From an uncultured Arcobacter sp. (GTDB lineage: Bacteria; Campylobacterota; Campylobacteria; Campylobacterales; Arcobacteraceae), in the NCBI GenBank assembly GCA_965140705.1, contig OZ223302.1, positions 288,001 through 352,000 on the forward strand: DNA of 64,000 nt. Direction: 5' to 3'. Shown here one piece after another: positions 41,957-51,540 of this stretch; within the stretch, counting starts at the first letter, position 1; the number at the start of each line of letters is the position of its first letter. Made by a program: the position numbers and the translations under genes. The notes beneath the pieces are model-generated. The model searched no databases and had not been told where the DNA came from. It was given only the letters and a program-made list of their open reading frames with translations.

Positions 41957-42511
41957 ATGGGATTGCATGTTCATAACTTAGGAAATCTACCAAACACTTT
42001 AGATGGAAGAGATTATTTTATTTATGTTTTAGATTATGGTTGGAAAGAGCCATTAACAGATGCTTTAGTTGCGAACTTTACAAATATGGCAAGAATGGCT
42101 TCTGAAACAAAAGCTTTAGTTATCGCAGGAATAGAACCTATACATTTCGCAAATGAGGTTTTTTCTTATCATGGAATTAATGGGGAAAAAGGAGATGAGA
42201 TATTGCCTGCAATATTAATTAGTACATTGACACCTTCATATTTTAAAGAAAGCTATGATGAATTTAACCATTCAAAAGAAATTAAGGATAAACTTCTTGT
42301 TATCCCCTTAAAAAAAGCCTGTAAAACAACTGATGATGTTATTGAACTAATAAAAAGTATCTTTTCAGATATTAAGGATAAAAAACAATTATCAGGATTT
42401 AGTGTAGCTAAAGAAATTAATAAGAATGGCTTTAAAAGATTAGCTGACGCAATAATTTTAGAACCTAATTTTGCTGGAGTTGGTGTGGATATTAGAAAAT
42501 TATTTAGTTAA
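41957..42511 (+). CDS. Hypothetical protein (184 aa)
   Basis: GAGGA RBS and a clean ORF; no family recognised. Confidence 0.75.
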   Translation: MGLHVHNLGNLPNTLDGRDYFIYVLDYGWKEPLTDALVANFTNMARMASETKALVIAGIEPIHFANEVFSYHGINGEKGDEILPAILISTLTPSYFKESYDEFNHSKEIKDKLLVIPLKKACKTTDDVIELIKSIFSDIKDKKQLSGFSVAKEINKNGFKRLADAIILEPNFAGVGVDIRKLFS

Positions 42512-42536
42512 AAATACTTGATTATACTATTTTCAT

Positions 42537-43080
42537 AAACACCTAAAGGTATTCACTCCTCTTACTTTGTATGGACAAAGTAAACAAAACCACCAACGGC
42601 TTCAAAGCCCTTTGGGTTCCCTCACTTATTATTTTTATCTTTTCTGATTGCTAAAACTCGTTTATTAAAACTTGCGTTTAGCAACTTTTAAACACTCAGA
42701 CAGTTACCAATCTTATTTCAAAAAGAGAAAAATAAACGTTCGGCTTTTGTAGATGTTGGAATAAAAGGTGGGATAAAGACATTTGCATTTTTGATTTGTA
42801 TAGATTTCAAACTTTTACTTATTTAAATTTACAAATAATAGTTTGAACTGTAAGGATTTCTTTCTGCCTTTGATGAAGCTAAAATTTTAGGCTTTTTTTT
42901 CGGAGAACAGTGAGGACTGTTTGAGTAAATAATGACCTAAATGGTCATTATTTAGGAGTTCCGCAACGCAGAAAAAAAAGACTGAAATTTTAGGAAGCTT
43001 TGCCTTCATCAACTCGGCAGTCTTTTTTGCTTACTTTTTCGAGATCAAAAAGTAAGAAAGCGGAAACCTTTAGGTTTTCA
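42537..43080. ncRNA. Pair of back-to-back structured non-coding elements (putative ncRNA or non-autonomous element)
   Basis: Nested complementary segments in each half; shared ACTGTYTGAGT...GAGTT, TTACTTT-loop-AAAGTAAG and ACCTTTAGGT motifs in inverted orientation. Confidence 0.55.
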
Positions 43081-43098
43081 AGAGAGAATATAAAAATA

Positions 43099-44160
43099 TT
43101 ATAACACTACTACTTTATTTCTCCCCTCTTCTTTAGCCCTATATAAAGCCTTATCTGCCCTTGATATTAAACTTTTTATAGTATCCCCTTCACAATAAAG
43201 AGTGATACCAAAACTTGCTGTTTTATTACCTACAATAGAAAAACTATTATTTTCAATTATATATCTTAACTCCTCTGCAAGTTTTTTTATACCTTCTATA
43301 TCCGTTTGGGGACAAATAATTACAAACTCTTCTCCACCCCAACGTCCAACTATATCTGTTACTCTTGTTTTTGTTTTTAATATGGTTGCAAACTCTTCAA
43401 GTACTTTATCTCCTACATTATGTCCATATATATCATTAGTAGATTTAAAATGATCAATATCCATTATAATCACTCCAAAAATATGATTAAATCTACTTGC
43501 CCTATTGATTTCACTCTCCAAAAAATCGTTAAGTTTTCCACGGTTGAGAAGTTTAGTTAAGACATCTGTAGAAGCTAGCTTTTCAAGTTTTTTATTTGAT
43601 ATTTCAAGTTCTTTAGTTCGCTCTTTTACAATATTTTCCAACTCCTCATTTATACTCTTAAACGTCATGATTTCATAATACCTATAAAAATAAAGAAGAT
43701 AAGATACCATTAAATAAGCTACACAAAAAAATAAAAATGAATATTTATTATAAGGAAGTAAAAATAGTGTAAATATTGATATAAAAATACTAAGTAGCAC
43801 AATAGACCATAATATCCCTTCTTTAGGACCTCGTATAGAAAATGAAGCTATGGGATAAAGTAAAACAAAAACCATACTATTAATCTCTTGATTTCCATCT
43901 AAAAATCCAATAATAAATAAAATACTAATAGTAATCATAAAAAATCTAGAATTATATATATATTTATTAGCTTTCTTACTATTAATAAATAAATATACCA
44001 TTAGTACTGAAAAAATATTTAATGAAATAGCTAAGTAGTTTATACCCATTTTGTAATATATTGGTGATAATAATACAGAAGTTACAAATCCTATAAGAAG
44101 ATACTTTTTTAAAAGTTCATTTCTATATTTATATTGGTCAAACAAATTATTTCCTAGCAT
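43099..44160 (-). CDS. Membrane-anchored GGDEF diguanylate cyclase
   Basis: N-terminal TM segments; DIDHFK, GRWGGEEF, ADKALY. Confidence 0.92.
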   Translation of the reverse strand: MLGNNLFDQYKYRNELLKKYLLIGFVTSVLLSPIYYKMGINYLAISLNIFSVLMVYLFINSKKANKYIYNSRFFMITISILFIIGFLDGNQEINSMVFVLLYPIASFSIRGPKEGILWSIVLLSIFISIFTLFLLPYNKYSFLFFCVAYLMVSYLLYFYRYYEIMTFKSINEELENIVKERTKELEISNKKLEKLASTDVLTKLLNRGKLNDFLESEINRASRFNHIFGVIIMDIDHFKSTNDIYGHNVGDKVLEEFATILKTKTRVTDIVGRWGGEEFVIICPQTDIEGIKKLAEELRYIIENNSFSIVGNKTASFGITLYCEGDTIKSLISRADKALYRAKEEGRNKVVVL

Positions 44161-44290
44161 AAATTTTCACAAAATTTAGTTAGTTTATCAAAATAAATAT
44201 AAATATATTTAGAATTTTTTAAATAGGTTTATTTTTTAAATTTATATATAAAAAGCTTGAAGAGAGTTGTTTTAGATTTTAAACTTGCCG

Positions 44291-44824
44291 CTAATTACTA
44301 CTATTTAACTCAGTCAATATAGTTTTTAACTCATGAACTAATACTTTATCAGTTACCATACCCTTATCATTAATCTTTTTATTCACCATTGGTACAGTTA
44401 AAATCAAATTTTCATTTATAGTTCCTGTTAAAACTTTTATCAAGTTCACAAGAACTGTATTTGCTTTATCTCCACCCATAGCTGAAGTTGAAGCACTGAT
44501 TACTGCTACTGGTTTATTTACAATATCAGTACTTGAGACTAACCAATCAAGAGCATTTTTTAAAACACCAGATATTTCAAAGGCATACTCAGGAGTACTA
44601 ATTATTATTGCATCATGTGTTGCGATATTTTTTCTTAACTCTTTAATTAATTGTGGTGAATCATCTTTTTGTAATGTATGATTATCAATATCAGGGTTAA
44701 AAAATGGAAGTTTCCCCAAATCTTTATATATATTTATATTTGAATCTATATCTTTTAGAGCATGAAGTATTGCTGTGTTATATGATTTTTCTCTAAGAGA
44801 ACCAGATATTGCTAAAATTTTCAT
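44291..44824 (-). CDS. NADPH-dependent FMN reductase
   Basis: ISGSLREKSYN, STPEY, LKNALDW. Confidence 0.9.
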   Translation of the reverse strand: MKILAISGSLREKSYNTAILHALKDIDSNINIYKDLGKLPFFNPDIDNHTLQKDDSPQLIKELRKNIATHDAIIISTPEYAFEISGVLKNALDWLVSSTDIVNKPVAVISASTSAMGGDKANTVLVNLIKVLTGTINENLILTVPMVNKKINDKGMVTDKVLVHELKTILTELNSSN

Positions 44825-45174
44825 TTTAAATCCTCACTTATTGTTTCTCCAAAAGTTTTTGCATATGTTTGTGACCAAATCAATATCTCATCAATTACAG
44901 GTTTTAAATTATTCCCATATTCAGTTAATGAATATTCTACTTTTGGTGGAACATCAGCAAATGCTTTTCTATGGATAAGGTTTAATTGTTCCAACTCTTT
45001 TAATTTTATTGTTAATGTTTTTTTCGTAATAGGTTGTAGATATTCAAAAAGTTCTTTAAATCTAAGGGTACTATTTTTTAAATACCAAATAATCATAAGT
45101 TTTAATCTATCATTAAATATATCAAAAAATATTTCTGAGGATGAACTATATTCTTTATTATTAAATTTTATCAT
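44821..45174 (-). CDS. HxlR-family winged-helix regulator
   Basis: LRFKEL, LKELE, VPPKVEYSLT. Confidence 0.9.
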   Translation of the reverse strand: MIKFNNKEYSSSSEIFFDIFNDRLKLMIIWYLKNSTLRFKELFEYLQPITKKTLTIKLKELEQLNLIHRKAFADVPPKVEYSLTEYGNNLKPVIDEILIWSQTYAKTFGETISEDLK

Positions 45175-45235
45175 AAAAAAATTATAACTATAAGTTTATT
45201 TAAATACCCTTAGTATATTTTAGTAAACTTTTATT

Positions 45236-46063
45236 TTATACTAAAGGAATATAAATCTCCGTTCTTAAATCCTCAGGTTTACAAGTAATTGGATTCTTAT
45301 TCAAGTACTTTTCAACAATAGGCAAATCCCTTAATTCAACACCACTTTGAACAATCCAATCAGATACACCATCATAAGTATTGATTAGTTCTTTATAGTC
45401 ACCCTTATGTAAAAATACAGCGTATTTCCCACCATCGATTATTTTACTTTGAATCTCACCTTTTGGCTGAATTGTTTTATCCACCCATGAAAGACAAGCA
45501 TCATATCTTAGTTTATTGGCATCTGTTATATGTGGATTATCATGCCCTATTCCAAACATCATTACATCATCTCTTATAAAATACTCTGTGCCCACAAAGT
45601 TTATAAGAGTTTCCCATGCTTCAATACTACATTTTGTATATTCACCTGTTTTTCTTACATACAAGATCTCTATATCTTCTAGCTTTACTATTTTTGGCTC
45701 TAACATCTTATTTCCTCTTTTTAATTTTGCATTTTTTGCAAACTCTTTGGGAGTTATTCCAAAATGCTTTTTAAAAGCTTTTGAAAAAGAAGCATTGGTT
45801 TCATAACCACTATTCATGGCTATTTGAGTGATTTTCTGATTTGTTTTAAACTGCAAAGTAGTACTTTGAAGTCTCACTCTTCTAATATAATCAACCATAC
45901 TCTCACCAACAATTGATTTAAAAATACGGTGAAAATGATACTTAGAAAAGCTGGCAATCTTTGATAACTCATCAAGGGTTAAATCACTATTATAATTTTG
46001 CTCAATATATAAAATTACTCTACATACACTTTGAACATAATCATCTTTTGTACTCTTACTCAT
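45236..46063 (-). CDS. AraC-family regulator with C-terminal GyrI-like domain
   Basis: FSKYHFHRIF, FSKAFKKHFGITP; GKYAVFLHKGDY, LRTEIYIPL. Confidence 0.92.
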   Translation of the reverse strand: MSKSTKDDYVQSVCRVILYIEQNYNSDLTLDELSKIASFSKYHFHRIFKSIVGESMVDYIRRVRLQSTTLQFKTNQKITQIAMNSGYETNASFSKAFKKHFGITPKEFAKNAKLKRGNKMLEPKIVKLEDIEILYVRKTGEYTKCSIEAWETLINFVGTEYFIRDDVMMFGIGHDNPHITDANKLRYDACLSWVDKTIQPKGEIQSKIIDGGKYAVFLHKGDYKELINTYDGVSDWIVQSGVELRDLPIVEKYLNKNPITCKPEDLRTEIYIPLV

Positions 46064-46208
46064 CCGCTCTCTTTCAAACTCTTTTATGTGGAAATTGTAT
46101 TAAGATTTAGAAATTAAAACTACTCCAAGATTGCTATTATATTCTATAACTTCTAAAATAAAAAGGAAAGGAAAGTCTCTTTGGAAACTAGATTTAAAGA
46201 TAGTTTTG

Positions 46209-46238
46209 TGCCTAATCTTAGAGTATTAAGATTAGGCA
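46209..46238 (-). terminator. Hairpin downstream of BASS transporter
   Basis: TGCCTAATCTTA-GAGTAT-TAAGATTAGGCA. Confidence 0.6.
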
Positions 46239-46261
46239 TATTAGAATATTAAATTCTATTT

Positions 46262-47176
46262 TTAGTTTTTTTCTTCTTGTTTTGCCCAAAAAGAAGCAAT
46301 AAGTGATCCTGAGATATTATGCCAAATACTAAAAATAGCACCTGGTAAGGCACTTAAAGGAGTAAAATACTTACTAGCAAGGGCAACTGCTAGACCTGAA
46401 TTTTGCATTCCTACTTCTATGGCAACAGTTTTACACTCTTTTTTATTATATCCAAATAGTTTTGCTGTATAGAAACCACCAACTAATCCTGTTAAATTAT
46501 GTAGCATAATTCCAACTAACAAATATAACCCTATAGTATCAATTCTTGAATGATTTAATCCAACAACTATCGCAATAATAAAAACAATTGAAACTATTGA
46601 TAAAACAGCAAAAATATCATTATTTTTATCAATAAACTTATGGAAAATATAATTTACAATAACACCTAAAACAACTGGTGCTAAAACTATTTTTAATATA
46701 CTTAATAACATACTTAAAGCAGGTACTGGTACAGTTTGACCAACATAAAGCAAGGTTAAATAAGGTGTAACTACAATAGATAAGAGTGTAGAAACTATTG
46801 TCATAGTGATTGATAAAGCAACATCTGCTTTTGCCAAATAAGAAATTACATTTGATGCTGTTCCCCCAGAAACTGCTCCAACTAATATCATTCCAACTAA
46901 AAGTTCTGTTGAAAAACCAAATACTTTTGAGATAACAAAAGCAGCTAGTGGCATTAATAAAAACTGTAAAACAACCGTCATAGCTATAATTTTAGGTTTT
47001 TTAACAACCCTTTTAAAGTCTTCAACTTTTAAAGTAACTCCCATACAAAACATTATTAAAACAAGTAAAGGAACTATCCAACTTTTAAAATCAACAACCA
47101 TACTTGATTCATAATATGCAAAAATTGATGCTAATATCGCCCATAAAGGGAAAAGAAATGTAAATTTTTTTATCAT
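46262..47176 (-). CDS. Bile acid:Na+ symporter (BASS/PanS-like), copy 1
   Basis: GGTASNV, EVGMQNSGLA, FSIWHNISGS; ATG 47176. Confidence 0.9.
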   Translation of the reverse strand: MIKKFTFLFPLWAILASIFAYYESSMVVDFKSWIVPLLVLIMFCMGVTLKVEDFKRVVKKPKIIAMTVVLQFLLMPLAAFVISKVFGFSTELLVGMILVGAVSGGTASNVISYLAKADVALSITMTIVSTLLSIVVTPYLTLLYVGQTVPVPALSMLLSILKIVLAPVVLGVIVNYIFHKFIDKNNDIFAVLSIVSIVFIIAIVVGLNHSRIDTIGLYLLVGIMLHNLTGLVGGFYTAKLFGYNKKECKTVAIEVGMQNSGLAVALASKYFTPLSALPGAIFSIWHNISGSLIASFWAKQEEKN

Positions 47177-47248
47177 TATTATCCTTTTGAAAAAGTTTGT
47201 TATTCTACTCAAAAAGTATTAAAATAATTTAAATACAAATAAATACTT

Positions 47249-48160
47249 TTATTCTTGTTCTTGTTTTGACCAAATACCTGCAAGAATAGAGCCTGAAATA
47301 TTATGCCAAATACTAAATATAGCCCCAGGAAGTGCACTTAAAGCAGAAAAATACTTCATAGCTAAAACAACAGCTAAACCAGAGTTTTGCATACCAACTT
47401 CTATAGCTACTGTTTTACATACAGTTTTATCATAACCAAATATTTTCGCAAAATAATATCCAGTTATTAGTCCCAAAAGATTATGGCAAATTATTGCCAA
47501 CATCAATGATAAGGCGATAGTAGAGATTTTACTCTCATTTATACCTATTATAATTCCTATAATAAATACAATAGAAATAATAGATAAAAGGGCAAAGATA
47601 TCATGTCTTTTCTCAATATATTTATTAAAAATTTGATTTAATATAAGCCCTACAATTACAGGTACAAATACTATTTTTAAGATACTAAGAAGCATACTAA
47701 GAGCTGGTACTGGTACTGTTTGTCCCACATAAAGAAGTGTTAAATATGGAGTAATAATTATTGATAAAAGAGTTGATACAATTGTCATGGTAATAGAGAG
47801 TGCCACATCAGCTTTTGCCAAAAATGCTATTACATTTGAAGCAGTTCCACCTGAAACTGCTCCTACAAGTACCATTCCCACAAGTAATTCATCGGATAAA
47901 TTAAATACCTTAGATACTATAAAAGCAAATAAAGGCATAAATAAAAACTGCAACACCACAGTCAAGGCTATGATTTTGGGTCTTTTAAATACCCTTTTAA
48001 AATCATCAATTTTTAAAGTAATCCCCATACAAAACATAATAAGAATCAAAAGTGGAATAATCCAAGATTTAAAACCAACCACTAAACTTGGTTGAGAATA
48101 TGCAAGGAGAGAAAATAGTACTGCCCATAAGGGAAACAGTATAGAAATCTTTTTTATCAT
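47249..48160 (-). CDS. Bile acid:Na+ symporter (BASS/PanS-like), copy 2
   Basis: Same motifs as copy 1. Confidence 0.9.
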   Translation of the reverse strand: MIKKISILFPLWAVLFSLLAYSQPSLVVGFKSWIIPLLILIMFCMGITLKIDDFKRVFKRPKIIALTVVLQFLFMPLFAFIVSKVFNLSDELLVGMVLVGAVSGGTASNVIAFLAKADVALSITMTIVSTLLSIIITPYLTLLYVGQTVPVPALSMLLSILKIVFVPVIVGLILNQIFNKYIEKRHDIFALLSIISIVFIIGIIIGINESKISTIALSLMLAIICHNLLGLITGYYFAKIFGYDKTVCKTVAIEVGMQNSGLAVVLAMKYFSALSALPGAIFSIWHNISGSILAGIWSKQEQE

Positions 48161-48214
48161 AAGCTATCCAATAGTTTTTCTTATTCTACAAAAATAGGTT
48201 TAAATTTACTTGTA

Positions 48215-48760
48215 TTAATCAGAAACTATTTCTGAACAACTTACCATCTTCGCATAAGTACCTTCAAGTGCTGCCATAAAAGAGTTATGTACTGATTTTG
48301 CAGGAACAACTTCCCCTAAAAATTCTAAATCTCTTGTCGTACAAGCATCATGCACAACTGTACAACCATATCCCATATCACTTGCAGCTCTAGTTGTGGC
48401 ATCCACACACATGTGACTCATCATCCCACATATTACTAACTCTTTTATTTCTCGTATTTTTAACTCATACTCTAAAGATGTATCTAAAAAACTATTTGGA
48501 AAGTTTTTTTCTATAATAGGCTCATCTTCACGCGGATTTAGATTTTCATGTATTTTCATTCCATATGTATCTGGTAAAAAGAATGTTGCTCCTTCATATA
48601 AACTTGTATGTTGTACATGAAGTACTGGCATATTTTTCTCTCTAAAATATTCTAATAACTCTTTTGCTTTTAAACTTGCCTCTTGTGCACCTACTAATTC
48701 GCAAGCTCCACCTTCAAAATAATCATTTTGAATATCTATAATTAACAATGCTGTACTCAT
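48215..48760 (-). CDS. Isochorismatase-like cysteine hydrolase
   Basis: LLIIDIQNDYF, GMMSHMCVDAT. Confidence 0.9.
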   Translation of the reverse strand: MSTALLIIDIQNDYFEGGACELVGAQEASLKAKELLEYFREKNMPVLHVQHTSLYEGATFFLPDTYGMKIHENLNPREDEPIIEKNFPNSFLDTSLEYELKIREIKELVICGMMSHMCVDATTRAASDMGYGCTVVHDACTTRDLEFLGEVVPAKSVHNSFMAALEGTYAKMVSCSEIVSD

Positions 48761-48770
48761 CTTTTCTCCT

Positions 48771-49700
48771 TTATTTATTTAAAAAGTCTTTTATATTTTG
48801 TGCAACTTTTTTCATAAGTCTATTTCTTGATTCACTTGAGCCCCAACCAATATGCGGTGTTAAAAGTAGCCTTTCTTTATTTACAACTTTTAATAATGGA
48901 TTAGTACGCTCAATTGGTTCTTTTGCAAATACATCAATACCACAATAGATTTTTTCTTCATCTATAATTTTAGCTAAATCATCTTCATTTATAATTCCAC
49001 CACGACCAAGATTTAATAAAATAGCACCTTCTTTTATATTTTTCATATTCTCATAAGTCAATAGATTTCTTGTATCTTCATTTAAAGGAGCATGAACAGA
49101 TATAATATCGCAACTTTGTAAAAGCTCATCTAGCTCGACTCTTTTGTAGTTTGAATTAGAGTTTTTTCCACTAGTTGAATAATAAACAACTTCACAACCA
49201 AAAGCCTCTGCTTTTTTTGCTAAGTCAACTCCAATATCACCAAAGCCTATAATCCCTACTCTTTTTTTGTCCAATTCAAAAAAGATATCATCTGCATCAT
49301 TGAAAGCTGGTACTTTTCCCCAATTTCCATTATTAAGATACTCTTGATAATGATTTAATTTTTGAATAAAATAAAATATCATCCCAAAAGTAACTTGAAC
49401 TACACTAGAAGTAGAATATCCAGCTACATTTTTTACTTCTATATTTTTACTTTTTGCATACTCTATATCAATATTATCCGTTCCCGTTGCAGTGATACAA
49501 ATAAGTTTTATAGAAGAATCATCCATTTGTTCTTTTCCCAAAACTACTTTATTTGTAATAACTATATCTGCATCTTTTGTTCTCTCTTTTGACTCTTCTT
49601 CACTTGTTGTAGCATAAGATACAACTTCCCCAAACTCTTTAAAAATATCTATATTTATATCTGATCCTAATGTTGCTCTATCTAAAATAACTATTTTCAT
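48771..49700 (-). CDS. D-2-hydroxyacid dehydrogenase
   Basis: GIIGFGDIG, HAPLN, NLGRG, TPHIGW. Confidence 0.92.
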   Translation of the reverse strand: MKIVILDRATLGSDINIDIFKEFGEVVSYATTSEEESKERTKDADIVITNKVVLGKEQMDDSSIKLICITATGTDNIDIEYAKSKNIEVKNVAGYSTSSVVQVTFGMIFYFIQKLNHYQEYLNNGNWGKVPAFNDADDIFFELDKKRVGIIGFGDIGVDLAKKAEAFGCEVVYYSTSGKNSNSNYKRVELDELLQSCDIISVHAPLNEDTRNLLTYENMKNIKEGAILLNLGRGGIINEDDLAKIIDEEKIYCGIDVFAKEPIERTNPLLKVVNKERLLLTPHIGWGSSESRNRLMKKVAQNIKDFLNK

Positions 49701-50572
49701 TTTATTCCTTTCTTCTTTTTATTTATTAATACTATTCCAATTATTATAGTAAATATTCCTATGATTTCGCTAAATTCTATTTTGTCACCCAATAAAAAAT
49801 ATGAAACAATAGCAGCACTAACTGGTACCAAATAAAAAATAGAAGATACTTTTGATACCTCTCCATTTTTTATCATAATATATAAAAGTGACAAGGCACC
49901 AATACTCACTCCAACTGTCATATAAAGTAAAGCAATACTAAAATGAATATTCCAATTTATATGAGAATCTTCAAACAATAAAAATGGCAAAACTAAAATT
50001 GTGGAACTAAAAGTCTGTATTGCACCACCAGAATAAAGATTCATATGAGAGCAATACTTTTTTTGATACAAACTTCCAATACTAAGACCCAATAATGAAA
50101 TAAAAGCCCAAAACAGACCAAGAGCTGAAAAGGAAGTTTCAAGTTTTGAAAAAACCACAAAACCTACTCCCACAAATCCTATTATTAGTCCTGCCCAAAC
50201 TCTTATGTTAATATCTTCATTTAATAATTTTAAGGCTAAAACAGTTACAACAATTGGTTGCAAAGCTATTATCAAAGCATTTGTTGCCCCAGATATACCA
50301 TAACTAACGGCTAAAAATCCTCCTATTGAAAATGTTCCAACAGTTAAACTTCCAGCAATGACTATATGGAAAACTTCTTTTTTAGTTTTTGGCATTGGTA
50401 GTTTAAATATAATAGTAATCAAAAATAAGATACAAAAAGCAATAAAAAACCGTACTTCTAAAAATGCCATTGGAGATGCATTTTGTAAACCATATTCACA
50501 AAAAATAAATCCACTTCCATATAAAAACATAAAAAAAAATGGCAAAATAGATTTTTGTATATAAAATCTCAC
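49697..50572 (-). CDS. EamA/DMT transporter (GTG start)
   Basis: About 10 TM segments; LQP, YQKKYC, EVSKVSSIFYLVP. Confidence 0.88.
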   Translation of the reverse strand: MRFYIQKSILPFFFMFLYGSGFIFCEYGLQNASPMAFLEVRFFIAFCILFLITIIFKLPMPKTKKEVFHIVIAGSLTVGTFSIGGFLAVSYGISGATNALIIALQPIVVTVLALKLLNEDINIRVWAGLIIGFVGVGFVVFSKLETSFSALGLFWAFISLLGLSIGSLYQKKYCSHMNLYSGGAIQTFSSTILVLPFLLFEDSHINWNIHFSIALLYMTVGVSIGALSLLYIMIKNGEVSKVSSIFYLVPVSAAIVSYFLLGDKIEFSEIIGIFTIIIGIVLINKKKKGIK

Positions 50573-50574
50573 AC

Positions 50575-51468
50575 TTATCCTTTATTTACTATAGCTTGAA
50601 CTTGCTGTTTTTTATTAATTAAATTCATAGCAATAAGTACAATAACAATTCCTACAAACACATTTAACTCTAAATCTTTACTCAACACAAAATATGCAAT
50701 TATTGATGAAGAAACAGGTAAAAGATAAAACAGTGAAGATACTTTTGACACCTCTTTATGTCTAATCATATAGTACAATAAAGACATAACTCCAATACTT
50801 ACAACAACTGACATATATACTAAAGCAATAATGAATTCTGTAGTAAAATTAACTCTTATATCTTCAAAGTATAATAAAGGTAAAACAATAATTGCAGATG
50901 CAAAAGTCTGAATCACTCCTCCTGTGACCAAATTCATATTTGAGCAATATTTTTTTTGATACAAACTTCCAAAGCTTCTACCTATTAAACCTAATATAGC
51001 TAATAAAACAGCTATTAATTGATTTTTATTAATTTCTCCATCAAGCCCTAAAACAAGAGATACTCCAATAAATCCTAAAATTAATCCAACCCATGCTCTT
51101 TTACTTACATTTTCATCTAAAAATTTCATAGCAAAAAATGAAACTACAATAGGCTGTAAAGATATAATCAATGAAAAAAAAGCAGGTGATAATCCATAGT
51201 CTATTGAATTAAAACTACCTATAGAAAAAAGCCCTGAAGATAAAATTCCAGCGATACTTATATGAAAAATATCATTTAAATTTTTTGGAAATTTCATTTT
51301 AAATATAAATGCAATAAGTAACAAAATAACAAAAGCAACTATATATCGTAATTCTAGAAAAACCATACTACTAGAATATTCTAAGCCCACTTTTATACAT
51401 ACAAACCCAGAACCAGATAGTATAATAAAAACAAGTGGTACAACATAAGGTTTTACTTTTTTTAACAT
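50575..51468 (-). CDS. EamA/DMT transporter, paralog of the adjacent gene
   Basis: LQP, YQKKYCSNMNL, EVSKVSSLFYLLP. Confidence 0.88.
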   Translation of the reverse strand: MLKKVKPYVVPLVFIILSGSGFVCIKVGLEYSSSMVFLELRYIVAFVILLLIAFIFKMKFPKNLNDIFHISIAGILSSGLFSIGSFNSIDYGLSPAFFSLIISLQPIVVSFFAMKFLDENVSKRAWVGLILGFIGVSLVLGLDGEINKNQLIAVLLAILGLIGRSFGSLYQKKYCSNMNLVTGGVIQTFASAIIVLPLLYFEDIRVNFTTEFIIALVYMSVVVSIGVMSLLYYMIRHKEVSKVSSLFYLLPVSSSIIAYFVLSKDLELNVFVGIVIVLIAMNLINKKQQVQAIVNKG

Positions 51469-51477
51469 TTTTTCTCC

Positions 51478-51534
51478 TTGACTATATAGTCAATAAGAAG
51501 TATAGCAAAGTCTTGACTATATAGTCAAGACTTT
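51478..51534. promoter_or_regulatory. Twin palindromic operator (likely TetR sites) over the DMT promoter
   Basis: TTGACTATATAGTCAA at 51478-51493 and 51513-51528; the second extends to a 28-bp perfect palindrome (51507-51534). Confidence 0.8.
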
Positions 51535-51540
51535 TGAAAC

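Noticed and set aside
42915..42962. Hammerhead ribozyme core in the structured element
   Set aside because: CTGTTTGAG-stem-GAGTT only loosely resembles CUGAnGA-stem-GAAA; the invariant residues do not match.
42537..43080. CRISPR array or autonomous IS
   Set aside because: No regularly spaced direct repeats, cas genes or transposase ORF.
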